Positions 21,563 through 29,393 of a stretch of 64,000 nt of DNA are shown here, one piece after another (the stretch's first letter is position 1; each line of letters begins with the position of its first letter). This DNA is from a virus. The DNA lies in the IMG/VR virus record IMGVR_UViG_3300022074_000021, positions 12,333-76,332 of that record; one strand, 5' to 3'. The notes below the pieces were generated by a model. The model ran no database searches. It had not been told where the DNA came from and saw only the letters and a list, made by a program, of their open reading frames with translations. Position numbers and translations under genes: made by a program.

Positions 21563-22762
21563 ATGGAAAGAAGAACATTTATACAAGCATTAGCAACCAG
21601 TACTTACGGAGTTAAAGCATATGCAAACGCACCGGTGCCCGAAAAAGTAAAAGCAAAAAACATTATCTATATTTACCTTGATGGTGGTATGAGTCATATT
21701 GATACTTTTGATCCGAAAGATGATAAAGAGGTAATGGGTGACACGGAAAAAATTATTACACGAGGAGATTTCCAGATAGGAAATAGACTTCCTAAATTAG
21801 CAGAAGTAATGAATAAAGCCGTTGTAATACGCTCAACAACGTCTAAGACAGGTGCTCATCAGCAAGCTCAATATCTCAGCAGAACTTCATATAAACAACT
21901 TGGTACTATTACTCACCCATCGTTAGGATCATGGGTGTCGCATATATCGGATAGGGATAAAGCTATTCCGGATTTTGTTCTTGTTAATGGTATAAGCACC
22001 CACCCGGGTTCGGGGTTTCTTCCAAAGAGACAATCACCCTTACCTATTATAGATCCTAAAGATGGTCTTAAGAACTCCAAGGTTGATGATAAGCTTCAAG
22101 AAAGAATGGCTTTACTTAAAGTTATTAATAAAAAGATTAACGCACCTATAGCTGATACTTATAACGAATTCTATGATGATACAGTTCGGTTTCTTAAATC
22201 TAAAGACTTAGAGTTATTTGATATTAGTAAAGAGCCATCTGCTAAGAGAGAGCGTTATGGTACTTCTCGGTTAGGTCAAGGATTACTTCTTGCTAAAAGA
22301 TTAGTTAAAGGAGATATTAAATTTATTGAAGTATCATCTGGTGGTTGGGATACCCATACAGATAACTTTACAAAGCTTGATGACAGAGTTAAAGAGCTTG
22401 ATGATGGTGTAAGCGCTCTTGTTGAAGATTTAGAAAGTGAAGGCTTACTTGATTCTACTCTTATTGTTATCGCCACAGAGTTTGGACGAACACCAAAGAT
22501 TAATGTTAATACAGGTCGCGATCACTACCCTAAAGCATACTCAACTGTTTTAATAGGAGCTGGTATTAAGAGTGGTATGGCTTATGGCGAGACTGATGAC
22601 ACAGCTTCAAAGGTTATAAAAGATGCTGTAACGATATCTGACATTAATGCTACTGTCGCACATTTAGCCGGACTAGATGTTACTAAAGAATATTCATCTC
22701 CGTCTGGACGTCCATTTGAATTAGCTGATAAAGGAAAGGTAATTAAAGATGTGTTGGGGTAG
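21563..22762 (+). CDS. DUF1501 protein (Tat-type signal, alkaline phosphatase/sulfatase-like fold)
   Basis: MERRTFIQ Tat motif; LDGGMSHIDTFDPK, GGWDTH, TEFGRTPKIN...GRDHYP. Confidence 0.9.
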   Translation: MERRTFIQALATSTYGVKAYANAPVPEKVKAKNIIYIYLDGGMSHIDTFDPKDDKEVMGDTEKIITRGDFQIGNRLPKLAEVMNKAVVIRSTTSKTGAHQQAQYLSRTSYKQLGTITHPSLGSWVSHISDRDKAIPDFVLVNGISTHPGSGFLPKRQSPLPIIDPKDGLKNSKVDDKLQERMALLKVINKKINAPIADTYNEFYDDTVRFLKSKDLELFDISKEPSAKRERYGTSRLGQGLLLAKRLVKGDIKFIEVSSGGWDTHTDNFTKLDDRVKELDDGVSALVEDLESEGLLDSTLIVIATEFGRTPKINVNTGRDHYPKAYSTVLIGAGIKSGMAYGETDDTASKVIKDAVTISDINATVAHLAGLDVTKEYSSPSGRPFELADKGKVIKDVLG

Positions 22763-22802
22763 TCAATACTTGCTTAAAGTGCTAAGAGCTATAAATAAAG
22801 GT

Positions 22803-24230
22803 ATGAGCACTAACCCTGAGGCAAGTTGGCCTAAGTTTAAATATTTAGAAGGTGAAATAAGCGGTAACCTTACTAAAACCCGTACTATGGGAGTTGATGA
22901 TACTGGTATTATTCATTCATTAGGTTATAAATCTGATATGCATATTAAAACTGATATTGCAGCAGGTACAATAGAGAAGCAAGCAGAAGGATTAAAAGGT
23001 TTTATCGGTACTGTTGAAGCATCAGATGGTAATACTTATTACATGCCGGCCTATTCAAGCTCTATTGGTATTCTCAACAAAAAAACAGGTGAGATAACTA
23101 CTGTCAAAAAATTTAATATGACTCCGCAGGTACGTTCAGGAGCAGAAGGTGCTAATGGTATTATTTATATGCCATCATATACAAGTACATTAAAAATATA
23201 TACATATGATACAAAAACTGGGGAAGTAGATTCTTTTACACCCACAAAGAAAGGATCACACGGTCACATATGGGGAGCAGCAGCTGATAAGAAAGGTGAA
23301 GTATATATGCCCCCAGCGCTTAACAATTACGTAGCTAAAATAGATAAGAATGGTGAATTTAAATATTTAGATGGTCCTAGAGTTACATCTGGAGTGTCTG
23401 GGTTTAATGTAAAATATGTTGGTGCTACCTATGTAGAGTCTGTCGACAAAGTATTTTGCTTACCTCGTAAAGGTAGTAAAATTTTAATTATAAATTGTGC
23501 AGATGATACATATGAAGAAATTGATTTACCGGCTGATTACCTCGCAGTTTCAAATGTTAACAGAAACTTTCATGGCTACTTAGCTCCTGATGGATGGCTG
23601 TATAGTGCTTTTTGGGCTGATACATACTGTTTTAGAATCAACCCAGCAACATATGAAATTCAATGGAATAATTATGAAAAGGAATTTGAAGATAGTGGTA
23701 TTCAGAACAGAGGTACAGGATATTCAACAGCTGCTATTACAATAGGGGATGATGTTTATCTTGGATTAGCAGGAACAACTAAAGCAGTTAAGCTTGAGTT
23801 TGAAAAGCAGTTAGTTATTTCTAATGAAGATGTAGCTCCATCACCTTCAACTACTGCTTGTGGCAGTTGTCCTTCTTCTTCTGCTACTATATGTGGTAGT
23901 TCTCCATCACCAACGCCAACAGCTACTGCATGCGGCAGTTGTCCTTCTTCTTCTGCTACTATATGTGGTAGTTGCCCATCGTCATCTGCTACTATATGTG
24001 GTAGTTGTCCTTCTTCTTCTGCTACTATATGTGGTAGTTGTCCTTCTTCTTCAGCTACTATATGTGGTAGTTGCCCATCGTCATCTGCTACTATATGTGG
24101 TAGTTGCCCATCATCTTCAGCTACTATATGTGGTAGTTGTCCTTCCTCTTCAGCTACTATATGTGGTAGTTGCCCATCATCTTCAGCTACTATATGTTGC
24201 AGCTATAGTTGTTGTAATACTTGTTGCTAA
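22803..24230 (+). CDS. Beta-propeller protein with C-terminal Cys-rich (CGSCPSSSATI)n tail
   Basis: Repeated G.IY.P blades (DGNTYYMP, NGIIYMP, KGEVYMP, DGWLYSA); start at 22803, 6 nt after TATAAATA. Confidence 0.75.
   Translation: MSTNPEASWPKFKYLEGEISGNLTKTRTMGVDDTGIIHSLGYKSDMHIKTDIAAGTIEKQAEGLKGFIGTVEASDGNTYYMPAYSSSIGILNKKTGEITTVKKFNMTPQVRSGAEGANGIIYMPSYTSTLKIYTYDTKTGEVDSFTPTKKGSHGHIWGAAADKKGEVYMPPALNNYVAKIDKNGEFKYLDGPRVTSGVSGFNVKYVGATYVESVDKVFCLPRKGSKILIINCADDTYEEIDLPADYLAVSNVNRNFHGYLAPDGWLYSAFWADTYCFRINPATYEIQWNNYEKEFEDSGIQNRGTGYSTAAITIGDDVYLGLAGTTKAVKLEFEKQLVISNEDVAPSPSTTACGSCPSSSATICGSSPSPTPTATACGSCPSSSATICGSCPSSSATICGSCPSSSATICGSCPSSSATICGSCPSSSATICGSCPSSSATICGSCPSSSATICGSCPSSSATICCSYSCCNTCC
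23860..24194 (+). repeat. 33-bp coding tandem repeat (8 tandem units at 23931-24194 plus 1 upstream copy)
   Basis: Units vary at synonymous positions of the CGSCPSSSATI frame (tgt cct tct vs tgc cca tcg). Confidence 0.95.
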
Positions 24231-24239
24231 ACAAAGAAT

Positions 24240-24271
24240 AAAAAACCGGAGATATATCTCCGGTTTTTTTT
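24240..24271. terminator. Bidirectional intrinsic terminator
   Basis: aaaaaaccggagatatatctccggtttttttt palindrome between convergent genes. Confidence 0.85.
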
Positions 24272-24286
24272 GGTTAAAAATTTAAA

Positions 24287-24766
24287 TTACTTAAGAAGTG
24301 GTATGCCTTGAAGCTTAGGTTTTACACCATGGGCAGGACTAGCACCTCCGAAGACAACTTCCTCATCTTCTTCTTTGTGATCTTCATCATCCTTTTCATC
24401 CTCATCATCTGCCTCTTCTTCATCGGATTTTTTACCATGCAATTCATACAGAGTAATTTGAACATCTTCAGCTAGTACCGCTGCTAATTTACCGTTATGC
24501 TCTACATAATACTCTTCAATAATACCTTCACCGTTTAAGCTGTGATGGAGAATTTTCTTAACGCCCTCAAACTGAGGACCTTCAATATGAGATGCTCAGT
24601 CGTGTTCGATATTACCACCCTTGAAAGCAGCTTCTCCATTATCTTCAACCGGATTCGGAGCATCAGCTGATTCAACGACAACTTTCTCTGCCTGTTGATT
24701 CATGGACCCGTACGCTTCAGCAAGCATATCCATATCCTTTTTAAAATTATTATGTTGTTTAGCCAT
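24287..24766 (-). CDS. Candidate selenoprotein, 159 aa, in-frame TGA at codon 57 (24596-24598), motif IEHD-U-ASHI
   Basis: ATG 24766 is 6 nt after CTAAATA. MAKQHNNFKKDMDMLAEAYG...GGNIEHD*ASHIEGPQFEGVKKILHHSLNGEGIIEEYYVEHNGKLAAVLAEDVQITLYELHG..acidic tail..LK-TAA. 102 sense codons follow the TGA, and the gene fills the gap between two terminators. Confidence 0.75.
24558..24585 (-). promoter_or_regulatory. Bacterial SECIS-like hairpin downstream of the in-frame UGA
   Basis: GUCCUCA-GUU-UGAGGGC stem-loop (24579-24563) starts 16 nt after the UGA; the loop G is 23 nt after the UGA; extendable lower stem UUGA/UUAA. Confidence 0.6.
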
Positions 24767-24797
24767 ATTATTATTTAGTCTAGATATATAGAAAACA

Positions 24798-24835
24798 ATA
24801 GGAAACCCTGAGAATTAATTCTCAGGGCTCCTGTT
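24798..24835 (-). terminator. Probable terminator hairpin after porin gene
   Basis: ccctgagaattaattctcaggg inverted repeat with flanking agga/tcct. Confidence 0.6.
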
Positions 24836-24859
24836 ATGTATAGTATTATTTATTTATTA

Positions 24860-25561
24860 TTAGAACGAGCGTGAAAGACCAATTCCACCAACTAGTTCAA
24901 ATCCATCGTTAGTCCAAATACCCTCACGACCATTAAAAGTATATACACCTTTAACGAACGGTGAAATAGTAGTATCAAGAATTCGTACTGGGAAATCAGG
25001 CAACGTGACTACTGCTTCTACATGAGTAGCTTTAAGGTCCTCAAGAAGATATCCTAGCGTACCGGTTACATATACCCCTTGATATACTTCACCAAAGTCT
25101 GCTCCGATTTCACCATATGAATCGTTATCACCATCAAGTGCTACAAACTGAGTAACAGAATAATTAACAAAGCTCAGGCCAAGACCAAGCTCTGACTTAA
25201 CATCACCAACTAGATCAGTACCTTCAGAATAGTAGTTAAAAACTGCATTACCGGTTACATCACCAATAACTGGAAGACTTAACCCATGTGCAGCTCCTAA
25301 GCTAAGCTCAACTTCGTTCTGATCATCATTCTCACTCCATGCAAGATTCGCAAAGGACGGTACTCCGAGAAAGTCCAAATCAGTTGTTAAATCAAGACGG
25401 AAATCATCATCTCCTTGATTTTGACCACGCCAGATATCTTTTGTACTAAATGTGCCGATAGCACCAAAAGATAGTCCGGTCGCAACACTATTTGCTGAAG
25501 CGCTTCCTGCTGAGGCAATACCTACAGCAGCTATCATTGTCAATACGATTGTTTTCATCAT
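24860..25561 (-). CDS. Outer-membrane beta-barrel protein (TorF/TIGR02001-like putative porin)
   Basis: Signal peptide MKTIVLTMIAAVGIASA; FSTKDIWRGQNQ; alternating beta-strands; C-terminal GGIGLSRSF with terminal Phe. Confidence 0.7.
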   Translation of the reverse strand: MMKTIVLTMIAAVGIASAGSASANSVATGLSFGAIGTFSTKDIWRGQNQGDDDFRLDLTTDLDFLGVPSFANLAWSENDDQNEVELSLGAAHGLSLPVIGDVTGNAVFNYYSEGTDLVGDVKSELGLGLSFVNYSVTQFVALDGDNDSYGEIGADFGEVYQGVYVTGTLGYLLEDLKATHVEAVVTLPDFPVRILDTTISPFVKGVYTFNGREGIWTNDGFELVGGIGLSRSF

Positions 25562-25617
25562 TACCACATATTATATGATATACATTCTTAGAATCAAGTA
25601 TATCTACAAGAAAAATT

Positions 25618-25878
25618 CTACTTTCTCTTTTTCTTCCAACTTTTCCTTGCAGGTCCGCGCTTTTTGTACTTTTTATTTTTAATTTTTTTACAAGCTGCAT
25701 GAGTAGGGCGACATGCTGGATAGGATGCTCCTTTTTTTCCAGCTTTTTTACGACCACAAGGCCCGCCAGTTTTACAGTTAATCCATCCCTTAAACTTTTT
25801 TCCTGTGCGCTTGTCAGTACGCGTTTTGAACCAATCGCGTAAGTTTTCACTTAACAATATTGCTTCTTTACAAGTCAT
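25618..25878 (-). CDS. Small basic Cys-containing phage protein (probable internal head protein)
   Basis: LRDWFK...GWINCKTGGPCGRK...YPACRP, a module type recalled from T4-like aquatic phages. Confidence 0.6.
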   Translation of the reverse strand: MTCKEAILLSENLRDWFKTRTDKRTGKKFKGWINCKTGGPCGRKKAGKKGASYPACRPTHAACKKIKNKKYKKRGPARKSWKKKRK

Positions 25879-26328
25879 TTATTTAATATTTCCTCCACGA
25901 TTTACACACTTCTGAACGTATCCTGATGCATAAGCTGAAGGCCATACATCATACTTACGCTTAGCTTTGGCTTGACATTTAGCACGAGTCTTAGATACTT
26001 TCTTTTCAGCGTCCTCCTCAGATTTCTTTTTACCACTCTTCATATTAGCACACCAGTGATACATCTTACCTTTCTCACCACCATACTTCTTAGCCCTCTT
26101 ACGAAGCTCAGTTACAGTGCCTTTGCAACTAGCACCTGCACGCTTAACACGACCCGGGCTGCTCTCTGCATCCTCTTCATTTTCCTTACTAGCTCTAAGT
26201 TTATCTCCTGCACTTTTAGCTGCTTTATAAGCTTTACTACCTTTACGAGCACTCTTGGCACCACGCTTTTTCTTAGCGTTAATATTGGCCCATAACCCTT
26301 CAGTATAAAATTCCTTAAATGTCTTCAT
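25879..26328 (-). CDS. Modular basic internal head protein with capsid-targeting-like N-terminus
   Basis: MKTFKEFYTE resembles the T4 internal-protein targeting sequence MKTYQEFIAE; modules separated by EEDAE. Confidence 0.65.
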   Translation of the reverse strand: MKTFKEFYTEGLWANINAKKKRGAKSARKGSKAYKAAKSAGDKLRASKENEEDAESSPGRVKRAGASCKGTVTELRKRAKKYGGEKGKMYHWCANMKSGKKKSEEDAEKKVSKTRAKCQAKAKRKYDVWPSAYASGYVQKCVNRGGNIK

Positions 26329-26329
26329 C

Positions 26330-27481
26330 TTACCACTTCTTGCAACTCCAATAACCTGCAGAAAACTTATCTTTTTTCTGGTCGCACTTATGACGTGCTC
26401 TGAATGACTTACGACGCTTAGGATTGCTCTTCTTAATCTTCATGTTTGGATCACCATAGCGAACAATTTTCTCCTTACCATCCTTACATGCCTTAACAAC
26501 AAACTTCTTAGAGCCCCCAGACGTTCTACGAGGTGAGTTACACTTCATACGATCTTTGTCAACTCTCTCTGCATCTTCTTCAGCATCTTCACCATGTGTC
26601 TTTCTTGATCTACCTGGCTTATTAGGGCGTGTACGTCTATACCGACCTCCTGCACCATCTCTCTTAGCATCTACATTACTAGGTTTCCAGTTATTTTGTG
26701 AATCATAAGACTTACCTTTTGGAGATTTTGAAGTACTTTCTTCACTCTCTTCTCCCATTGTTACATATCGATTATATAGTTGATCGAATGTCTCTTCGGA
26801 TTCTTCTCTACTAAGAGCTTCTAGTCTCTCATCTAAAGCATTAAGTTCAATTCTTAGTTCATCGATATCAACATCCCTACCTTGCTCTGCTGCAGATACT
26901 TTAGAAGCAAAACGCATGAAGTGATCAGCAAGAGATTCTGACGCCTCAGCATCTTCACCACTATAAGCATCTTTAACAAAGTCGATACCTTTACTCACAT
27001 CACCACCGGTCATGAAATCGGCAAAAGCCAAAGCAGACTTACCGGCTAACTTAGCAGTACCCTTAATAGCTTTCTTAGCTACTTTCTTAGCTGTTTCACT
27101 ATCCTCATCACGAAGACGTTTAATCATTCTGACATCGTCTTTATCAATATCCCCTTTATCATATGCAGCGTCTACTTTATCTTCTTCTTTTGAGTCGGGA
27201 CCCATAGCTCTACCGGCTCGGTCAACTTTTTCTCCCCGCTCTGCTGCACCAAGTATAGCAGCTACACTTTTAGGTTTACCTTTTGGAAAAAGAGTGAATT
27301 CACCATCCTCATTAGGATTCACATAAGTGGGGTCGGAACGATACTTAGGCCCTCCACGACCGTCAGCATCAGCATCTCCAGACTGAAGTCTACCTGCCTT
27401 ATCATAATGCTTACCTTTCGGAGCTTCTTTAGCTTCCGTATAAATATCTTGTATGTCTTTAAAGAGCTCGTCAAACTTCAT
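26330..27481 (-). CDS. Modular internal head protein; C-terminal KIVRYGDPNMKIKK...SFRARHKC...YWSCKKW module
   Basis: Multiple EDxE/EESEE spacers; late TAAATA 6 nt upstream. Confidence 0.6.
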   Translation of the reverse strand: MKFDELFKDIQDIYTEAKEAPKGKHYDKAGRLQSGDADADGRGGPKYRSDPTYVNPNEDGEFTLFPKGKPKSVAAILGAAERGEKVDRAGRAMGPDSKEEDKVDAAYDKGDIDKDDVRMIKRLRDEDSETAKKVAKKAIKGTAKLAGKSALAFADFMTGGDVSKGIDFVKDAYSGEDAEASESLADHFMRFASKVSAAEQGRDVDIDELRIELNALDERLEALSREESEETFDQLYNRYVTMGEESEESTSKSPKGKSYDSQNNWKPSNVDAKRDGAGGRYRRTRPNKPGRSRKTHGEDAEEDAERVDKDRMKCNSPRRTSGGSKKFVVKACKDGKEKIVRYGDPNMKIKKSNPKRRKSFRARHKCDQKKDKFSAGYWSCKKW

Positions 27482-27489
27482 ACGTATAT

Positions 27490-28416
27490 TTATGCTTTAA
27501 GAGCCATTTCTAAAGCAACTAGGCACGCAAAGCAGTTAATTTCTTTATCAACTATAAATGCAGTCTTATACAAATGATCAGCAATAATAGTAATCATTTG
27601 CTTTTTCTTAAACTCATCAATCGGTTGGCTATAAATATAATCTAACAAATTAGCAAGTAATGTATCATAGTCTCCTTGAAAGCGATCTTCATTCTCGATA
27701 AGATATTTTCGTACTTTTAACGAGTCTTTTTTGATACCTTCGAAGATGCTGTTAAGTAGCTCACTGTCACTCCCACTGCTATCAATGCAAAGCTCGCCAT
27801 CAATAACTGACTTTTGGATTTCGTTGATAGTTTTTCGGAGATCAGGAAAGAGTCTCTTAACCAGTACGACAAATTTTTTCTTTTGCTCATCACTTACTTT
27901 TACGTTTTCTTTTTTTAATATATTAAAGCAACGTTTAGCTGCTTGTTCGACGACAGGTTTTAAATCGAGAGATTGACATCTAGATTGTAATGCGGGGATA
28001 ATCTTATGCTTATAGTTAGCAGTAAGAATAAACCTACAGTACTTAGCGTACGTCTCCATAGTATTACGAAGCGCAGCCTGTGCCTGAGAGGTTAGCCCAT
28101 CAGCTTCATCTAATACTACTACCTTTACACCACCATCAAATGATTTAGTTTGTGCAAAGTTTGTAATATTATGGCGAATAGTATCAATACCAGATTCGTC
28201 AGAAGCATTAATATAAAGATAATTACATCCAAGAATGTCATTAACAATAATTCTTGCAAGAGTAGTTTTACCAGTACCAGGGCTACCAACAAATAATAAA
28301 TTAGGAATCTCATCCTTAAATTGTGATACTATTCTAAGGGACTTATCATCGAGTATAAGATCATCTAACTTAACCGGTCTATACTTCTCCACCCATATCT
28401 TATCAAACTCAATCAT
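27490..28416 (-). CDS. gp44: Sliding-clamp loader AAA+ subunit (T4 gp44/RFC-like)
   Basis: WVEKYRP, GSPGTGKTT, INASDESGID, LDEADGL, ALQSRC. Confidence 0.92.
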   Translation of the reverse strand: MIEFDKIWVEKYRPVKLDDLILDDKSLRIVSQFKDEIPNLLFVGSPGTGKTTLARIIVNDILGCNYLYINASDESGIDTIRHNITNFAQTKSFDGGVKVVVLDEADGLTSQAQAALRNTMETYAKYCRFILTANYKHKIIPALQSRCQSLDLKPVVEQAAKRCFNILKKENVKVSDEQKKKFVVLVKRLFPDLRKTINEIQKSVIDGELCIDSSGSDSELLNSIFEGIKKDSLKVRKYLIENEDRFQGDYDTLLANLLDYIYSQPIDEFKKKQMITIIADHLYKTAFIVDKEINCFACLVALEMALKA

Positions 28417-28419
28417 AAC

Positions 28420-28842
28420 TTATTTACCTGAACTACCGAAGCCCTTATCTCCACGAATAGATTCTTCAACAGAACCTTCTGATACTTCCACTGGGTAGTT
28501 AGCATATACTACGAACTGGGCAACACGTTCTCCAGCTTTTACTTCGTAATTTTTATCAGTTAGGTTATAAAGTTTAACTCCAGCATCACCACGATAGCCT
28601 TCGTCGATAATACCTGGATGTGGCATAATGCCATGCTTAAAACCTAAACCAGAACGCCCTTCAACTTTAACCCAAAAACCTTCTTCAATATAAGCAAACT
28701 TGAGACCAACACCAACAACCGCCGAACCTCGAGCTGGAATTGTTACACTTTCAACTGAAGTAACATCCATACCCGTATCATTATCATGATTTTTTACTGG
28801 TAACACCGCATCAACATGCGTCTTTTCAAACTTTAACTTCAT
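28420..28842 (-). CDS. dut: dUTPase (trimeric)
   Basis: GMDV, GRSGLG, GIIDEGYRG, ERVAQ, RGDKGFGSSG motifs. Confidence 0.95.
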   Translation of the reverse strand: MKLKFEKTHVDAVLPVKNHDNDTGMDVTSVESVTIPARGSAVVGVGLKFAYIEEGFWVKVEGRSGLGFKHGIMPHPGIIDEGYRGDAGVKLYNLTDKNYEVKAGERVAQFVVYANYPVEVSEGSVEESIRGDKGFGSSGK

Positions 28843-28916
28843 ACATATATGATATACTACGAATAAAAATATTCAACTACGTAGTGGATTATATTAAATG
28901 TAGATTAAATATAGTA

Positions 28917-29393
28917 GTGGAAGGTAATAATGCATCTTTTGACCCTACTAATGACGTTGACAATGCTGTTGATGATATCATTACACAACTGAGTACTCAG
29001 AATCATTCAGAGACAAAAGCAAAACAATCTGCTGAAGTACCTGAAACTGATGAACTAGAAGAGTATCTTGTTAAAACTACAGCAAGACTTATTGATACAA
29101 CGTTAGATGCTGTTGATAATGTTAAAGATTATATATCATCGGCCCCTGAGAACAGAGATGTAGCTTCTCTAGCCGAGCTTATGCGTTCCGCAAACGGGGC
29201 TATTGAAACTATGCAGAAGATCCATGCTAATAAAGAGAACATTCAATCACGTAAGGATGTTAAGCAGATGGATATTGACTCAAAGAAAGAACTTAATATG
29301 ATAGACAATACAACTAAGTTAGTAATGTCGAGAGAAGATGTTCTTAAAGCTCTTACTAATGGGGAGCAGGAAGAAGAAGTAATAGATATTTAG
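28917..29393 (+). CDS. Probable terminase small subunit (gp16-like)
   Basis: Helical pattern LIDTTLDAVDNVKDYISSAPENRDVASLAELMR and C-terminal SREDVLKAL resemble gp16; GTG start 6 nt after TTAAATA. Confidence 0.45.
   Translation: MEGNNASFDPTNDVDNAVDDIITQLSTQNHSETKAKQSAEVPETDELEEYLVKTTARLIDTTLDAVDNVKDYISSAPENRDVASLAELMRSANGAIETMQKIHANKENIQSRKDVKQMDIDSKKELNMIDNTTKLVMSREDVLKALTNGEQEEEVIDI

Noticed and set aside
23860-24285. 141-aa Val/Leu-rich ORF and the antisense VAEEEGQLPHI frame
   Set aside because: Repeat variation is synonymous in the CGSCPSSSATI frame but changes residues in these frames.
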